Source: Octopus sinensis (lineage: Eukaryota). Taken from it: a stretch of 64,000 nt of DNA. Positions 40,625 through 52,406 of the stretch are shown piece by piece. The stretch spans positions 90,024,001-90,088,000 of the forward strand of contig NC_043004.1 in NCBI RefSeq assembly GCF_006345805.1, given 5' to 3'. The first letter of the stretch is position 1; the number at the start of each line of letters is the position of its first letter. The position numbers and the translations under genes were made by a program. The notes beneath the pieces are model-generated. The model had not been told where the DNA came from. It saw nothing but the letters and a program-made list of their open reading frames with translations, and searched no databases.

Positions 40625-41260
40625 ACTGTGTCCATGCACAAATAGATCAGTTGCGTATTCAGTGACTAACATTGAGATTTATTGACAATCATTCCGAAAA
40701 ACTAGTTGAACTAAAGATGTAATTGTGTATGAATGACTGGCGGAATAGTGTCAGAAGATATCAGTTCAGTTCTTGGCACGTTTCCAAAACGTTAATCTCT
40801 TACAATAGCGCTTTCAAACATGCATTCATGAAATGTGCTAGTGGTATTCTTGATCTTATTGCAAAGCATGTTAGCTTTAATTAAATTTCACTATAGCATT
40901 GCAACACACAACTTCACTCGCTCTCTGGAATCTTAACTCTGCTCTGGTTTTTACTTCAAGTTTTGACCTCCTACAATTTAAATGCAACATTAACGGCATC
41001 GTGTTCACCAGTCTTGGACAGCCTACAAAAGTCATGGATACTTTTTGGAAGTCAATGTATAGAGGTGGGTATTCCACCAAAGTTACAGCTGTAATTTAGG
41101 AACAGCATTGGATAAATTGTACAGGTTGTCATCATCATTGCAGAAGTCAATGCTTTTCTGAGTGACTATTTCTCCACTAAATGTTTTCCTATTAATTTCT
41201 CCTATTTCAGAAGCAGCAGAGGATCATAATTTCTTGTAGAACATTAACTAATGACCAAAC
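40625..41260 (-). mobile_element. Decayed Helitron Pif1-type helicase fragment, interrupted by ~140 bp at 40905-41045
   Basis: EIN..GEIVTQKSID..YPMLFLN.SCNFGGIP; VKLCVAML**NL..MLCN; VPRTELISSDT; VQLVFGMIVNKSQC*SL (compare FAMTINKSQGQSL). Confidence 0.65.
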
Positions 41261-41689
41261 TGAAATGCTGTGTCACAATTGTTAAGTGAAATTGTATGCG
41301 ATTTGTAAATGTAGCCACGATACTCATACAACGGGTGCAGTAGAAGTGTTAGAGGCTGTTCATTCAAATGTGCAATGTAAATTCAATGGCCAGTTTGGAC
41401 ATTTGAATGAAAGATGTAAAATTAAACAATGAACGCTGTTTAGTGAGAAGTTGATTTGGTCTGATTCACGGAAATACACAATATCTTCAACTCTATCTGT
41501 ATTACACCAGCTCTGTTTAAAGCCAGGCTTCTGTTTAAGGCCAATGCTCGGTCGTACATTGCGCCACTAGTGGTGAAATTTAATGCTGTGCTGTAACTGA
41601 AAGCTTTGACGAAATTTAGAGTTGGTGCAGTCAAATTTCATAATGCTGTACTTCCAATAATTTGAGGCAGCTTGAATTTTCCATATTCT

Positions 41690-42092
41690 TTTTTCTTTTT
41701 CCTTGTTTCAGTCATTTTGACTGCGGCCATGCTGGAGCACTGCCTTTAATCGAGCAACTCGACCCCGGGACTTATTCTTTTGTAAGCCCAGTACTTATTC
41801 TATCGGTCTCTTTTGCCGAACTGCTAAGTAACAGGGACATAAACACACCAGCATCGGTTGTCAAACAATGCTAGGGGGACAAACACAGACACACAAACAT
41901 ACACACACACATATATATACACATATATACGATGGGCTTCTTTCAGTTTCCGTCTACCAAATCCACTCACAAGGCTTTGGTTGGCCCGAGGCTATAGTAG
42001 AAGACACTTGCCCAAGGTGCCACGCAGTGGGACTGAACCCGGAACCATGTGGTTGGTAAGCAAGTTACTTACCACACAGCCACTCCTGCGCC
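41690..42092 (-). mobile_element. SINE family A, full length
   Basis: Homologous to the other family A copies. Confidence 0.9.
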
Positions 42093-42329
42093 TAAGTTGC
42101 AACTTTCTATTTGGTACAGCTGAGCCACTTTACACTCCTCTATCTATAGATAAACTTGGTGTTCAGGACAAATTATATTTATCGAACATAACTACTACCT
42201 GTCCGTCTGCAGAAAATTACCTTCAAAATAACTCTCAGGTTCCTTTGATACTTCTGTATTATCATGAAAGCATAAGGAGCAACAGGAAGATGATCTCACT
42301 GCTACTCCAGTAAACATCCATTTCCTTCT

Positions 42330-42645
42330 TACATGCACATTTCTTCAAGATTGTGTCATTGCATTTGTTCTTGAAAAATCCGTACAATAATGTCCTCATC
42401 AGTGTATACTAATTGAGTCGCCTGGTATTGTTTTCTCTTTGACCTCTTCATGTAAGAGTTTCCTCATTAGCATATCCACTGGGAGTTCCGGATTTCCACT
42501 TCGTCTCTATCATATTACTTTCTTCGCTCTATCTCTATTTTCTTTTTGATGATGGCTTCTTTGTCTTTATTGCTGCTTTTTTTTTTCTATTTCTAATGGT
42601 CTGTCACGGTTTGGTATCATTGTCAAAATTGATGTTCATGCACTG
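42330..42645 (-). mobile_element. Penelope-like endonuclease tail with degenerate hammerhead core
   Basis: IETKWKSGTPSGYANEE-like C-terminus followed by CTGATGAG-GAC attatt GTAC-GGAT (GAAA lost) at about 42375-42403. Confidence 0.4.
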
Positions 42646-42847
42646 TATTAATATACCCAGCTAGCCTTAAGATATGACTAGCTGGGTATATTATAACAGC
42701 AAACCTGTGAACATTTAACAACCGATTTTATTAAGGGAAGGTTAAGCATATATACATACATAAATTATCAAATCCTCACGGATAACAATACTTGGATGTA
42801 GGGATAGACTTAACTGTATGTAGTGACGCTATTTTTGGAAGTTTTCA

Positions 42848-42912
42848 GCACGCATGCGCAGAGTTGGATTACTTCTGGTAGGCTGCCGGAAGTTCCCTCA
42901 TGCGCATGCCGC
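42848..42912. promoter_or_regulatory. NRF1-like and ETS motif cluster
   Basis: CGCATGCGCA 42851-42860, CCGGAAGT 42886-42893, TGCGCATGC 42901-42909. Confidence 0.35.
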
Positions 42913-43139
42913 AGAGAACTGCAAACTAAAAGTGTTACCGCTAAATCTGTCTTTTTGAATCAGCAACCCTACCGAGTGGACGTGCCCAATCTACTCTCAG
43001 GGAAAACCCTACATATAGAGAAGATCTTCTTCTAAGCGGGAACGAGGACGATAATCTAGGCTAAAACAAGTGAACATTTGTGAACAGTCTTGTGGACTTG
43101 GCTACCGGTTTGCCCTTAAGGAAAATATATATGTGCATA

Positions 43140-43348
43140 CTCTTACTCTCTTTTACTCTTTTACTTGTTTCAGTCATTTGACTGCAGCCATACTGGAGCA
43201 CCACCTTTAATCGAACAAATCGACCCCGGGACTTATTCTTTGTAAGCCCAGTACTTATTCTATCGGTCTCTTTTGCCGAACCGCTAAGTGACGCGGACGT
43301 AAACACACCAGCATCGGTTGTCAAGCAATGCTAGGGGGACAAACACAA

Positions 43349-43379
<31 letters not shown>

Positions 43380-43469
43380 CATATATACAATAGGCTTCTT
43401 TCAGTTTCCGTCTACCAAATCCACTCACAAGGCATTGGTCGGCCCGGGGCTATAGCAGAAGACACTTGC
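43140..43469 (-). mobile_element. SINE family A, 5'-truncated
   Basis: Homologous to the other family A copies. Confidence 0.88.
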
Positions 43470-44334
43470 ATATATATTTTGTATTCGCAAAACCCGGAAA
43501 ATAAAGTATTATTTATTGCTATTGAAGACAGTCAGATTTTGGTTCTCCCTTCGACAATTGTATGTGACAAGATAAGACAGGCACCCCTCAAGTGTTCCTG
43601 AGACATTCATCTTGTTACATGTATTTGCTCAGCCATTAGATATCTGGAAAGTGAGGGGTTCACCGAAACTTGAGGAGTTTTTGTTGACTTGCCAGGTAAG
43701 AGCCGAGATCTGTTCTGATTGAAGCGGTAACAGTGCTCACGGATGATCTCGATGCCAAACAACTTAAGTAATAAAAAAAGGGCGCGAATCTCAAGAACAT
43801 TCAAAATTATATCCATGACATGGTTTCAAGCTGATTGATCGACTTTTAGGTTGTTCATGTGAAAATGGTATGGTTCATAGAACATATAACTTTCTGTTTG
43901 GGTTTTGAACCCTAACAAGTCCTTGCCTGTCAATAATGTATAGGTATAGAGAAACAAAAGTTATCAACTGGATCAATACCATAGTCTATAATAACAATAA
44001 ATTATATTAGTAAACAGTATATTGTTGATTAAAATGAAATCCTGTCTGATGTGATGCATATATGGGCGCAGAAATTACGAGGATTTCAGCACAACCTCTG
44101 AAAGCTCAATCGTGTTCACCAGTCTTGGACAGCCTACAAAAGTCATGGATACACTCAGCAAATAAAGAAGGGGGAAAATCATTAAAAGAGTAGAAATCAA
44201 AGCCAGCTTATAGATTCAGCTTGCAGGAAGTGTAACAAATTCAGAGATGTCATCCACGTGGAAAGCAATAAATTAATGTTAATCTATTTAATGCAGGAAC
44301 AGCAGCAGAAGCAGTAGCAGCAGTAGTAGTAGTA

Positions 44335-44500
44335 GTAGATAAAGAAAATAGAAAGTACCGGATAATTGATTTTACAGTCTCAAATGATGACAAAGTCAAT
44401 GTGAGGCGTATAAAGAAAACAGTAAAGTACTAGGATCTAGCCATTGGGTTACAGAGGTTATGGAAAGCGTGGGTAAAACATATCTCTGTAGTTATAGATG
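44335..44500 (+). mobile_element. R4/Dong-like restriction-like endonuclease remnant
   Basis: IIDFTVSNDDKVNVR..KY*DLAIGLQRLWK..VKHISVVI. Confidence 0.55.
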
Positions 44501-44502
44501 AC

Positions 44503-44783
44503 GCTATGTTCAAAACTCAGATCACGGTGTGGTACAACCGCTTCAAACATATCTGCACCTCAGTGGAGAGCGAGGCACGCTCAAGCAGGCCATCCACTAG
44601 CTGAAACGAGGTACCGATTGAGAAAGTTCAGCAAATAGTCTTGGAAAACTGTCGTATAACAATCCAGGAAATTGTTCAGGAAGTGGGAATAAGCAGAGGG
44701 TCATAGAAATTGCTCCGAACATGCCAGACTGCATATCACGTCCCAGACTACATGAAGACCATCACCACAGGTGATGAGACATG
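44503..44783 (+). mobile_element. mariner transposase fragment
   Basis: WYNRFK..SVESEARSSRPST..ITIQEIVQEVGIS and TITTGDETWVYG. Confidence 0.75.
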
Positions 44784-45934
44784 GGTTTATGGTATCTGCT
44801 CCATGTGTTCTGTCATCTAGCATGAAAATGCAAATCTAATGAGTGCGCACTACAAGTCTGTACTTAGACATAACACCCAGGAATTGACACAGCCTACTGG
44901 TGCGAAAATTTTCATACATGCATCACCTCCCACCCAAAGGATTTTGGTCACGCGGCATTAGTTTTGACAAGGAAAAATAAAGTCGGATACTTGTACATGT
45001 GGTGAGAATATGCTGAGTTTGAAAATAGATACAAGCAGAATGTGAAATCAGAAACAATACCCACAATTACACTTTGCAGTATTTAATTACGTGCAAAGTA
45101 CAAATCCCGACGAATCCGTTTGCTTTTTGTTTCTCTGAAGTCAGTAATACATCAATGGAATAAGACAAGAGAGTAATTATATGCTGAGTGACACATCAGA
45201 CTATACTAATTTCTTAAATATTTGTGGGACTGGGCTGAAATTAAATATTATCATCATCATAGTCAGTAACTGATGACTGCGTCTATGGATTCAATCATGT
45301 TATAAACCTGGCAATAATATCCACTTATTACCTCTTGATTCCCTTTAACCACAATTAGGTTTCGATTAACATTATTTACCATTATTTCATAAATTGAACT
45401 GGTGAAATACTTTTATAAACAGAACTTCCTCATTATGCCCACAAGCACCTACTCGTATAGCACTTTCTAGAGATATCTTAAGTCTTTCAGAAATAGCAAT
45501 TGTGGTAGTCCGTTTCATCTATTATGCCCAGCATAAATGTGACCATTTTCATTTTCTATACATTTTCTGTGAGATATTCATGTTATACATGTACATTCCT
45601 TACAATGGCGATGTCATATATATTGTTTAAATAAAATTATGGAATGACACTTCTGATGAATTTACTTTCATGTTTTTTTTTTGTTTTTTCTTTTTGTTTC
45701 TTTTCCCTTAGAAACCACTAAACTTCATGTTAATCTCGGTTTCAAGTAATAAAAAAGGTTAACACTTTCTGTTGGAATATCTTAAAGAGAAAAGAAAAAG
45801 CATTGTGAATTAAAGGATTCTATTGTCTTAAATAAACCAGGTATTTATACAACTTCCATAAAAATGCATAAATTATTCAATACTTGTCTTGGCATATTTT
45901 TGATTTCTTCTAAAAATCGTTTTGATATAGTTTG

Positions 45935-46323
45935 GCGGATCTTTTCGGTTTGAACGGCAGTTTGTAACATAATTTCTAGGTAACTAAAATATTTTAAACT
46001 TCATATACTGGTAGAATGTGTTTATAAAACATCATTTTCTCTTGGCTTTATTGAGAAAATTCTATAGTTTGTAAGATATTTCGTCTTTAATTTCTTGCAT
46101 TTCAGCAATTTTAACCAATCACTGACTTTCATTTAGGTAAACAACATTCTGTGCTGCATGAATATGTCCCTCGTTTAAGAAACAGATTGGGTTTATTTAC
46201 ATTTGTGAAGAAAAAAAGATACCCTTCCCCCACCCTAACCCTAACCCTAAATCTAAAATAGATTGAAATGCAATAGATCGATACTAGGGTTATAATTATG
46301 GGTGACAATTTCATATGACACCG
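45935..46323 (+). repeat. Unclassified interspersed repeat containing (TAACCC)2-3; a partial inverted copy lies at about 36420-36600
   Basis: Reverse-complement similarity between 45935-46110 and 36420-36600. Confidence 0.55.
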
Positions 46324-46732
46324 CTATAGAAAATGGGATTTTTTTCTAGCACAGTGCACTGTTTCTGATAAGAGTTGGAGGTTGTTAAAATTAATAAGGG
46401 GACGTACAAATTAAGTATGCTTAATAAAGTTGAGATGGATTTAAACTTGTTCAGCACAATGGGAAGTAAGAATTATACGGATGCAAACTCTTCCCTAATA
46501 TTTTTTGAGAGAATACTTGTATTTATCGGTTTGGGAGTCACTGCACGAGTGCATGTGATTGTATATATATTCGGACATTATCCATCAGGAAGCTACTTGG
46601 TCACTTCCTAAGTGACATTAATGTTGTTTACATTTTCTATCTTTGAATAGGATAGTTGTGCAATGGTTTAATTAAATTGGATCGTCTGTTTTAAAGAAAT
46701 GTTTCCTTCATTGCTTTTAGTACAGTTTAAGT

Positions 46733-47030
46733 CAGTGGTTCCCAAAGTGAGCAGTACTGCCCCTTTGGGGGGCGGTGAAAAGATCCAAGGGATGGGGACT
46801 GCGTTGAAGAAAAGTGGGGCGATGATGGAGTGGCCAAAAGGATGTAATGGATGTATAAACAACAAAATAATGGGTTCATTAGGTTAAGTTTTATTTGTGA
46901 AATACAGTTGTTTTAAATTTGTGGCAGAAAGTGGCCTATGTTTGTGGTGATAGTGAGTTGTCGGGAGCGCTAGGAATGCCGCATGGATGTCTAGGGGGAT
47001 GACACCCCGTAAAAAGTTTGGGAAGCACTG
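46733..47030 (+). mobile_element. hAT-type MITE
   Basis: TIRs CAGTG(G/C)TTCCCAAA; perfect 8-bp TSD GTTTAAGT (46725-46732 and 47031-47038). Confidence 0.9.
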
Positions 47031-48689
47031 GTTTAAGTGAAACAAACCAAAATCTCATCTGTATAGCAACATTTATAATAAAGAGAGCATTAATAGATCA
47101 GGACATTTGTTATAACAGTGTAATTATGATGTAGATAATAACCGCATCACAATTACACATGACTCTTTTTCTTAATATTGTTGTAGGTATTAAATTTTCT
47201 ACAAGTTTAACATATAAGAAATCTAGTTTCAGCTATACTTATTTACTTAAACACCTTGGTTGTTGCAGTAAATATTTTGTCACTTTTTTTCCAGGTATAA
47301 TGTATCTAAGATCACATGTTTCAATGCATGTCTTTTATATTTTACTTCATACAGTAATAGTTCAATCGTCAAAGGATATACCAACATTCCATTACAATAA
47401 TAGTTGCTACATTTAGTGTTTAAACTACAGCCATGGTAGAAGGATAGTTGTTATGGTTATACTTTAGTGACTTGGTAGTATAGTACTACAATCTCTATTT
47501 ATGATAGAACTCATATACACTCTCAACTTCTAAGGAATTACAAATAAATCCCCCTAAAATAATATCCTCTCGTCTTAAATATGATGGATAGATTTGACAA
47601 TATAGTTTCTGATTGTAAAAAAAAGGGCAAAATTGTCATGGCAAGAACGCCTTAGTTGCTAAAGTTGTTTCGATACATGTTGTAGTTAAGATTCCGCAGA
47701 CGTAATTCAGTACCAATAATGGTTTTCTAACAATAATTTAGTGCAAACCTCATTTGGTTTTCACCGTACTTATAATTTAGCGCAGTCCTCATTTCTTTGA
47801 CTGCTACCTTATCCTATCTGTGCAAGCTCTAAGGAAATTTTCATCTCAGATTTCTTGATTCGAAATAATTTAGAAATTCTATTACTTCTTCCAAAAGTTT
47901 TACAGCTGTCGTTGCTTTTCGGTGTAATTCCCTCTATGAGACTGTCACATTAAGTTGACAGTATACAACCGCTCTATAAACATACTTCTCGGTAATTTCC
48001 TTGAGCACGGGTGGTGCTCCTATGAGGAGTTAGTTTGTAATTGTTAGATACTAGCTGTTGTTGCTGTGGGTGACACCACTTATTTTCACAAGTTATGGCT
48101 TGCCCTTGTTAATAGAGACAGGACAAATGCAATTGCCTACTTATGAGTTGCGTCTGGTGTAGCCGTAGAACTGACAAATTCCATGAATTGTTGTTGCTTT
48201 TGTTATTTTGGATTTTCTGTGCAGAAAGTAATTAGATGAGTTTTGCTTCCAATTATGAAACAGTTGAATCTTCAACCTAGAATGCTGAGTTTCAAGATTT
48301 TCCTTTCAGCACTCTCTATAGGACCCAGTTCTAGCATTATTTTGTGGTCTTGCAGCTAGATGAGAAGTATGTCCATGTTGATTGTCCCCAAACTACATAT
48401 TGCCAAATGATATCTGTGCTCACTACTTATCCATATTGTGTCGCAAATGTTAACTCCTAGCCAGAGATCAACACCATCACTGGTGTCACTTGAGTTTCTC
48501 CTTTACTCCTCAAATATTGTGGAACCAGCTTATAGAAGATGTGGCCACACTATTTGGGTTTGGACTCTTACTCTTCCTCTATTTTAAAAATAACACATAT
48601 AGTACCATATTCTCTCCCTTTCCTAATGAAAGACATTTCACTTAAAATATTTGCTATGGGGGAAATGCTTAGCGATATTTCATCTGCCA

Positions 48690-48930
48690 TTACGTTCTGA
48701 AATCAAAGCTAATAGGCCAGGTATTGCTGTCAGGGACTACCAAGAAAATAATTGCTTCCTACTCAATATACCAGTCCCAACAGATGACAATGTACCTCTG
48801 AAAGATTTGGAGAAACTATTAAAATACAAAGATCTGGAAATAGCAGTAACTCGAATGTGTAGCCTGAAGACAAAAATAGCCATTACAACAATAGATGCAC
48901 TAGGTATGGTTAAAAAATATAACCAAAACA
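48690..48930 (+). mobile_element. R4/Dong-like RLE remnant
   Basis: EIKANRPGIAVRD..IPVPTDDNV..EKLLKYKDLEI..IDALGMVKK. Confidence 0.7.
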
Positions 48931-49002
48931 TCAAGACTTACAACTATATATACATATATATATTAGAAAGTTTGGAGGTGATGTACAGGTATTATATTAT
49001 AT

Positions 49003-49898
49003 ATTAGAAGAAATAAGGTACTCAGAAATCTGGATGGTTTTATATTTACAGATTTTTATTAATATGTCACATATTTTTATAAATCATATATTAGCACTTG
49101 CATCCACTCTAGTAGATTCTTCAGATTGAATTTTTTGAGGAGATTCATCTCTTTTTAAAGTATTATTGAGTGTGTAGGGGTGGAGAGAGATATAGGATAG
49201 TAAAAAAGGGTGAGAAATGGGGAGAAAGTGAGAGAGAGAGAGAGCCACCTGGTTTTGCCATTTTTAAAGGCCAAAAATCACTTTCTATTGAAAGAACTGA
49301 CCAGCTGCATAGATGTAAACACATTTTTTCTTCCTTCTTTCTTTTCTTCTCTTTTCCATTGACACTCCTTTCAGATACACAGGCACACACACACACAAAA
49401 AAACACACATACACTCTCTCACTGGACAATGATAAAAAGAAATCCAGACAATTTTTTGAAAAATAACTTTTATCAAAACAAGAAACCCCCCATGGAGTGG
49501 CAACCTGGTTTTGCCATTTCTAAAGGCCAAGAATCACTTTCTATTGAAAGAACCGACCAGCTGTATGGAAGTAAACACATTTTTTCTTCTTTCTCTCTTC
49601 CTTTTTCCTTTCCTTCTCTTTTCTATTGACACTTCTTTCAAATACAAAGGCACACACACACACTCTCTCTCACTTTCTCCCCATTCCTCACCCTCTTTTA
49701 CTATCCTATATCTCTCTTCACCTCTACACACTCAATAATACTACAAAAAGAGACAAATTTCCTCAAAAAATTCAATCTGTAGAATCCACTAGAGTGGATG
49801 CAAGCGCTAATATATGATTTATAAAAACATGTGACATATTAATAAAAATCTGTAAATATAAGCCCATCCAGATTCCTGAGTACCTTATTTCTACTAAT
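49003..49898. mobile_element. ~895-bp foldback-type element: ~240-bp terminal inverted repeats around two tandem ~155-bp direct repeats
   Basis: 49003-49242 is the reverse complement of 49662-49898; CCTGGTTTTGCCATTT..CACACAC is repeated at about 49246 and 49503. Confidence 0.8.
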
Positions 49899-49928
49899 AC
49901 ACACACACACACACACACACATACATAC

Positions 49929-49959
<31 letters not shown>

Positions 49960-50169
49960 ATACAGAAAATTGCACTGCTAGGCACCTCACATGTCCAATG
50001 TAAAGCACTTTCAATACAGGAAAAATAACAACACTAAAACAAACCACAGTACATACCCAAGGCACACAGACCTGTGCTCAGTGATACAGTGAAAGCATGT
50101 ATTAAAAATAAATTACTGAATAATAATAATAATAATGATAATAATAATGGTGATGATGATGATGATGAT

Positions 50170-51600
50170 GATTTCTTTTATTTGCCACTTGGGCGAAGGA
50201 TGAGGGGCACAATACAGAGGCAGATATAAAGTGTGGGGGTTTACATATAATGAAATGATGGAATAAAAAAAAGGTAAGTAAACACTATACAATAGAAAGG
50301 AAGGGACATACAAAGTATACAAAGGTTAAAAAAAGGGTAGTGAGGAAGATGCTAGAGATGTATCCCTCCTGATAGAGGATGACGACCTCTAAGGATAATT
50401 GAGGAATCTCACTGTCTGAGATTTCCCAGAACACCTAGTTCAGGTGCCTTCACCGACTCACAGGTCTACATTTAGAGAGGTATCATCCACTCTTGTCATT
50501 TTCGTAACTTTCATCCACCTTTCAATAAACTCACTCGAAGACAGCGCTTCCCCTTCCCCCACCAAAGATGAATGTATCTGTCCTCATGCCTTTCACCAAA
50601 CAACCTCTTTTTCCACAGCCACCAGGCAAAGAAAAACTGCCTTGCCTACCCAATTGAAGGAGGGCAGCAATGCAATCATCTCTACAGACTCGGCCGATAG
50701 ATGGATCTGTTCCACACATGACAGCAACTGTTTGACATAACCCCAAAAGTCAGCAATGCCCAGATACTGAATGAGTGTGTGCAGAATGGTTTCATCACTC
50801 TGTGCACGTCTCGGACAAGCTCATCTGACAGCACATCCATGCCTGTAGAGTTTATTTCAAACTGGTAGTGCCCCCTGGTAGCACTACCAGGCTAAAGACA
50901 TCTGGAAATTATCCATGATCGTTCCTGACTGGAAAGTCCCCCGGAACAGACTAACCAGTTCATTTACGTCGGTACCCAGAGTCTCCCTGAGAACATTGTT
51001 GCACTTCCCCACCACTAATCCTCTATATATTTCTAAAGCAGAACATCCACCAAACTCACTGCCTGACTGGTGGAGGGCTGTGAGCACCTGATGACATTCT
51101 AGGTACCAGGCACCCATCCTTGGTCTTTACTTCACCCAGGAATACGGCTCCATCAAGGAGATGTGCTATGGAAAGACAAGCCTTATGAACGGAGCCCCCA
51201 CACACTAACCATCCAGAAATCTTTGCAGGTGGCATAACCTAAGAGCATGTCTGTGCATTAGGAGTCACAGCATATCTAATCTGCCACTCAAAGGATGCTG
51301 GTAACAGACTGACCACTTGACCATTGGAACATGTCCCTTCCACAAGAATTTAAGTAACAGATACTCCAACCTGGTCAGGCAGTAACTGGGACGAGGCATG
51401 ATGGTCAGGCGATAAATGATAACAGAGGCAATGTAGGCATTCACTGCCTCTGCCTGACCTTTCAGGGACAGCTTCCTCTCAGCCCATTTCTGAGTAAGAC
51501 TGGCCACTCTGTTTGCCACCTCATTCCAGTTCTTATCAACCTGGAGTTCAGGACCAAACCAGACTCCAAGCAGTTTAACTGATCCATCAGTCTAGTGTCC
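50170..51600 (-). mobile_element. 5'-truncated, decayed L1-Tx1 LINE related to 10686-12567
   Basis: KLLGVWFGP, RKLSLKGQAEAVN and DNFQMSLAW motifs; same AATAAAAGAAAT-type 3' end followed by (CAT)n. Confidence 0.88.
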
Positions 51601-51611
51601 GACAATAATAA

Positions 51612-52040
51612 TAATTCTTCCTACTATAGGCACAAGGCCTAAAATCTTTTGAGGCTGGGAAGGCTAATTAATTTCATTGACCCCAGTGATCAGCTGGTGC
51701 TTATTTTATTGATCCCTAAAGAATAAGAAGCACGGTTGACCTCATCAGAATTTCAGCTCAGAACATAAAGTCAGATGAAATGTTGCTAAGCATGCTAACA
51801 ATACTGCCAGTTTGCCACCTTAATGATAATAATCCTTTCTACTATGGGCACAAGGCCTGAAATTTTGTGGGAAGGGGCCAGTTGATTACATCAACTCCAG
51901 TACTTAACTAGTACTAATTCCATCGATTTTGAAAGGATGAAAGGCAAAGTCAACCTCAGCAGAATTTGAACTCATATAAAGATGAATTAACTGCCACTAA
52001 GCATTTTGTCTGGTGTGCTAACGATTCTGCCAGCTTGCCA
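51612..52040 (-). mobile_element. SINE family B, two pieces
   Basis: Reverse complement of the family B core. Confidence 0.75.
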
Positions 52041-52070
52041 CCTGTCAACCACAATAATAATTATTATTTA

Positions 52071-52406
52071 CTAGCATTATGACCCGTCGTTGCCGGGTTA
52101 TAGTGCTAGTGCATGTATATATGTGTATATATATGTGTACATATTACATGTACATCTATATATATACATCTACACATAAAATACAAAATACAAAGTTATA
52201 TCTTGATATCGCTAGTGATAACAATACTCAAAATATATAACAGACTGGAATTGCAAGCTCGTCTCTTGCAATTTCAATCAATTGTATCTTATCCTCTCTC
52301 TTGTACAGAAGTATGGCTACAATCCAGCCTACCTCAACTTCTGTTGGGGGGGCATTTTTAATTTTTATCCGGTATTTTAATTTTTCTTCTATATATATAT
52401 AGAAGA
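52071..52406 (-). mobile_element. 336-bp mini-Helitron
   Basis: 5' A|TCTTCTATATATATA at 52406; 3' CTAG|T at 52071 with a long hairpin at 52070-52110. Confidence 0.7.

Noticed and set aside
43620-43700. LisH-like peptide (AIRYLESEGFTET) or a 63-nt exon on +
   Set aside because: The LisH-like frame has an immediate stop; the stop-free frame matches nothing I recognise and no partner exons are visible.
46231-46250. Interstitial telomere (TAACCC)n
   Set aside because: Only 2-3 units, embedded in an interspersed repeat.
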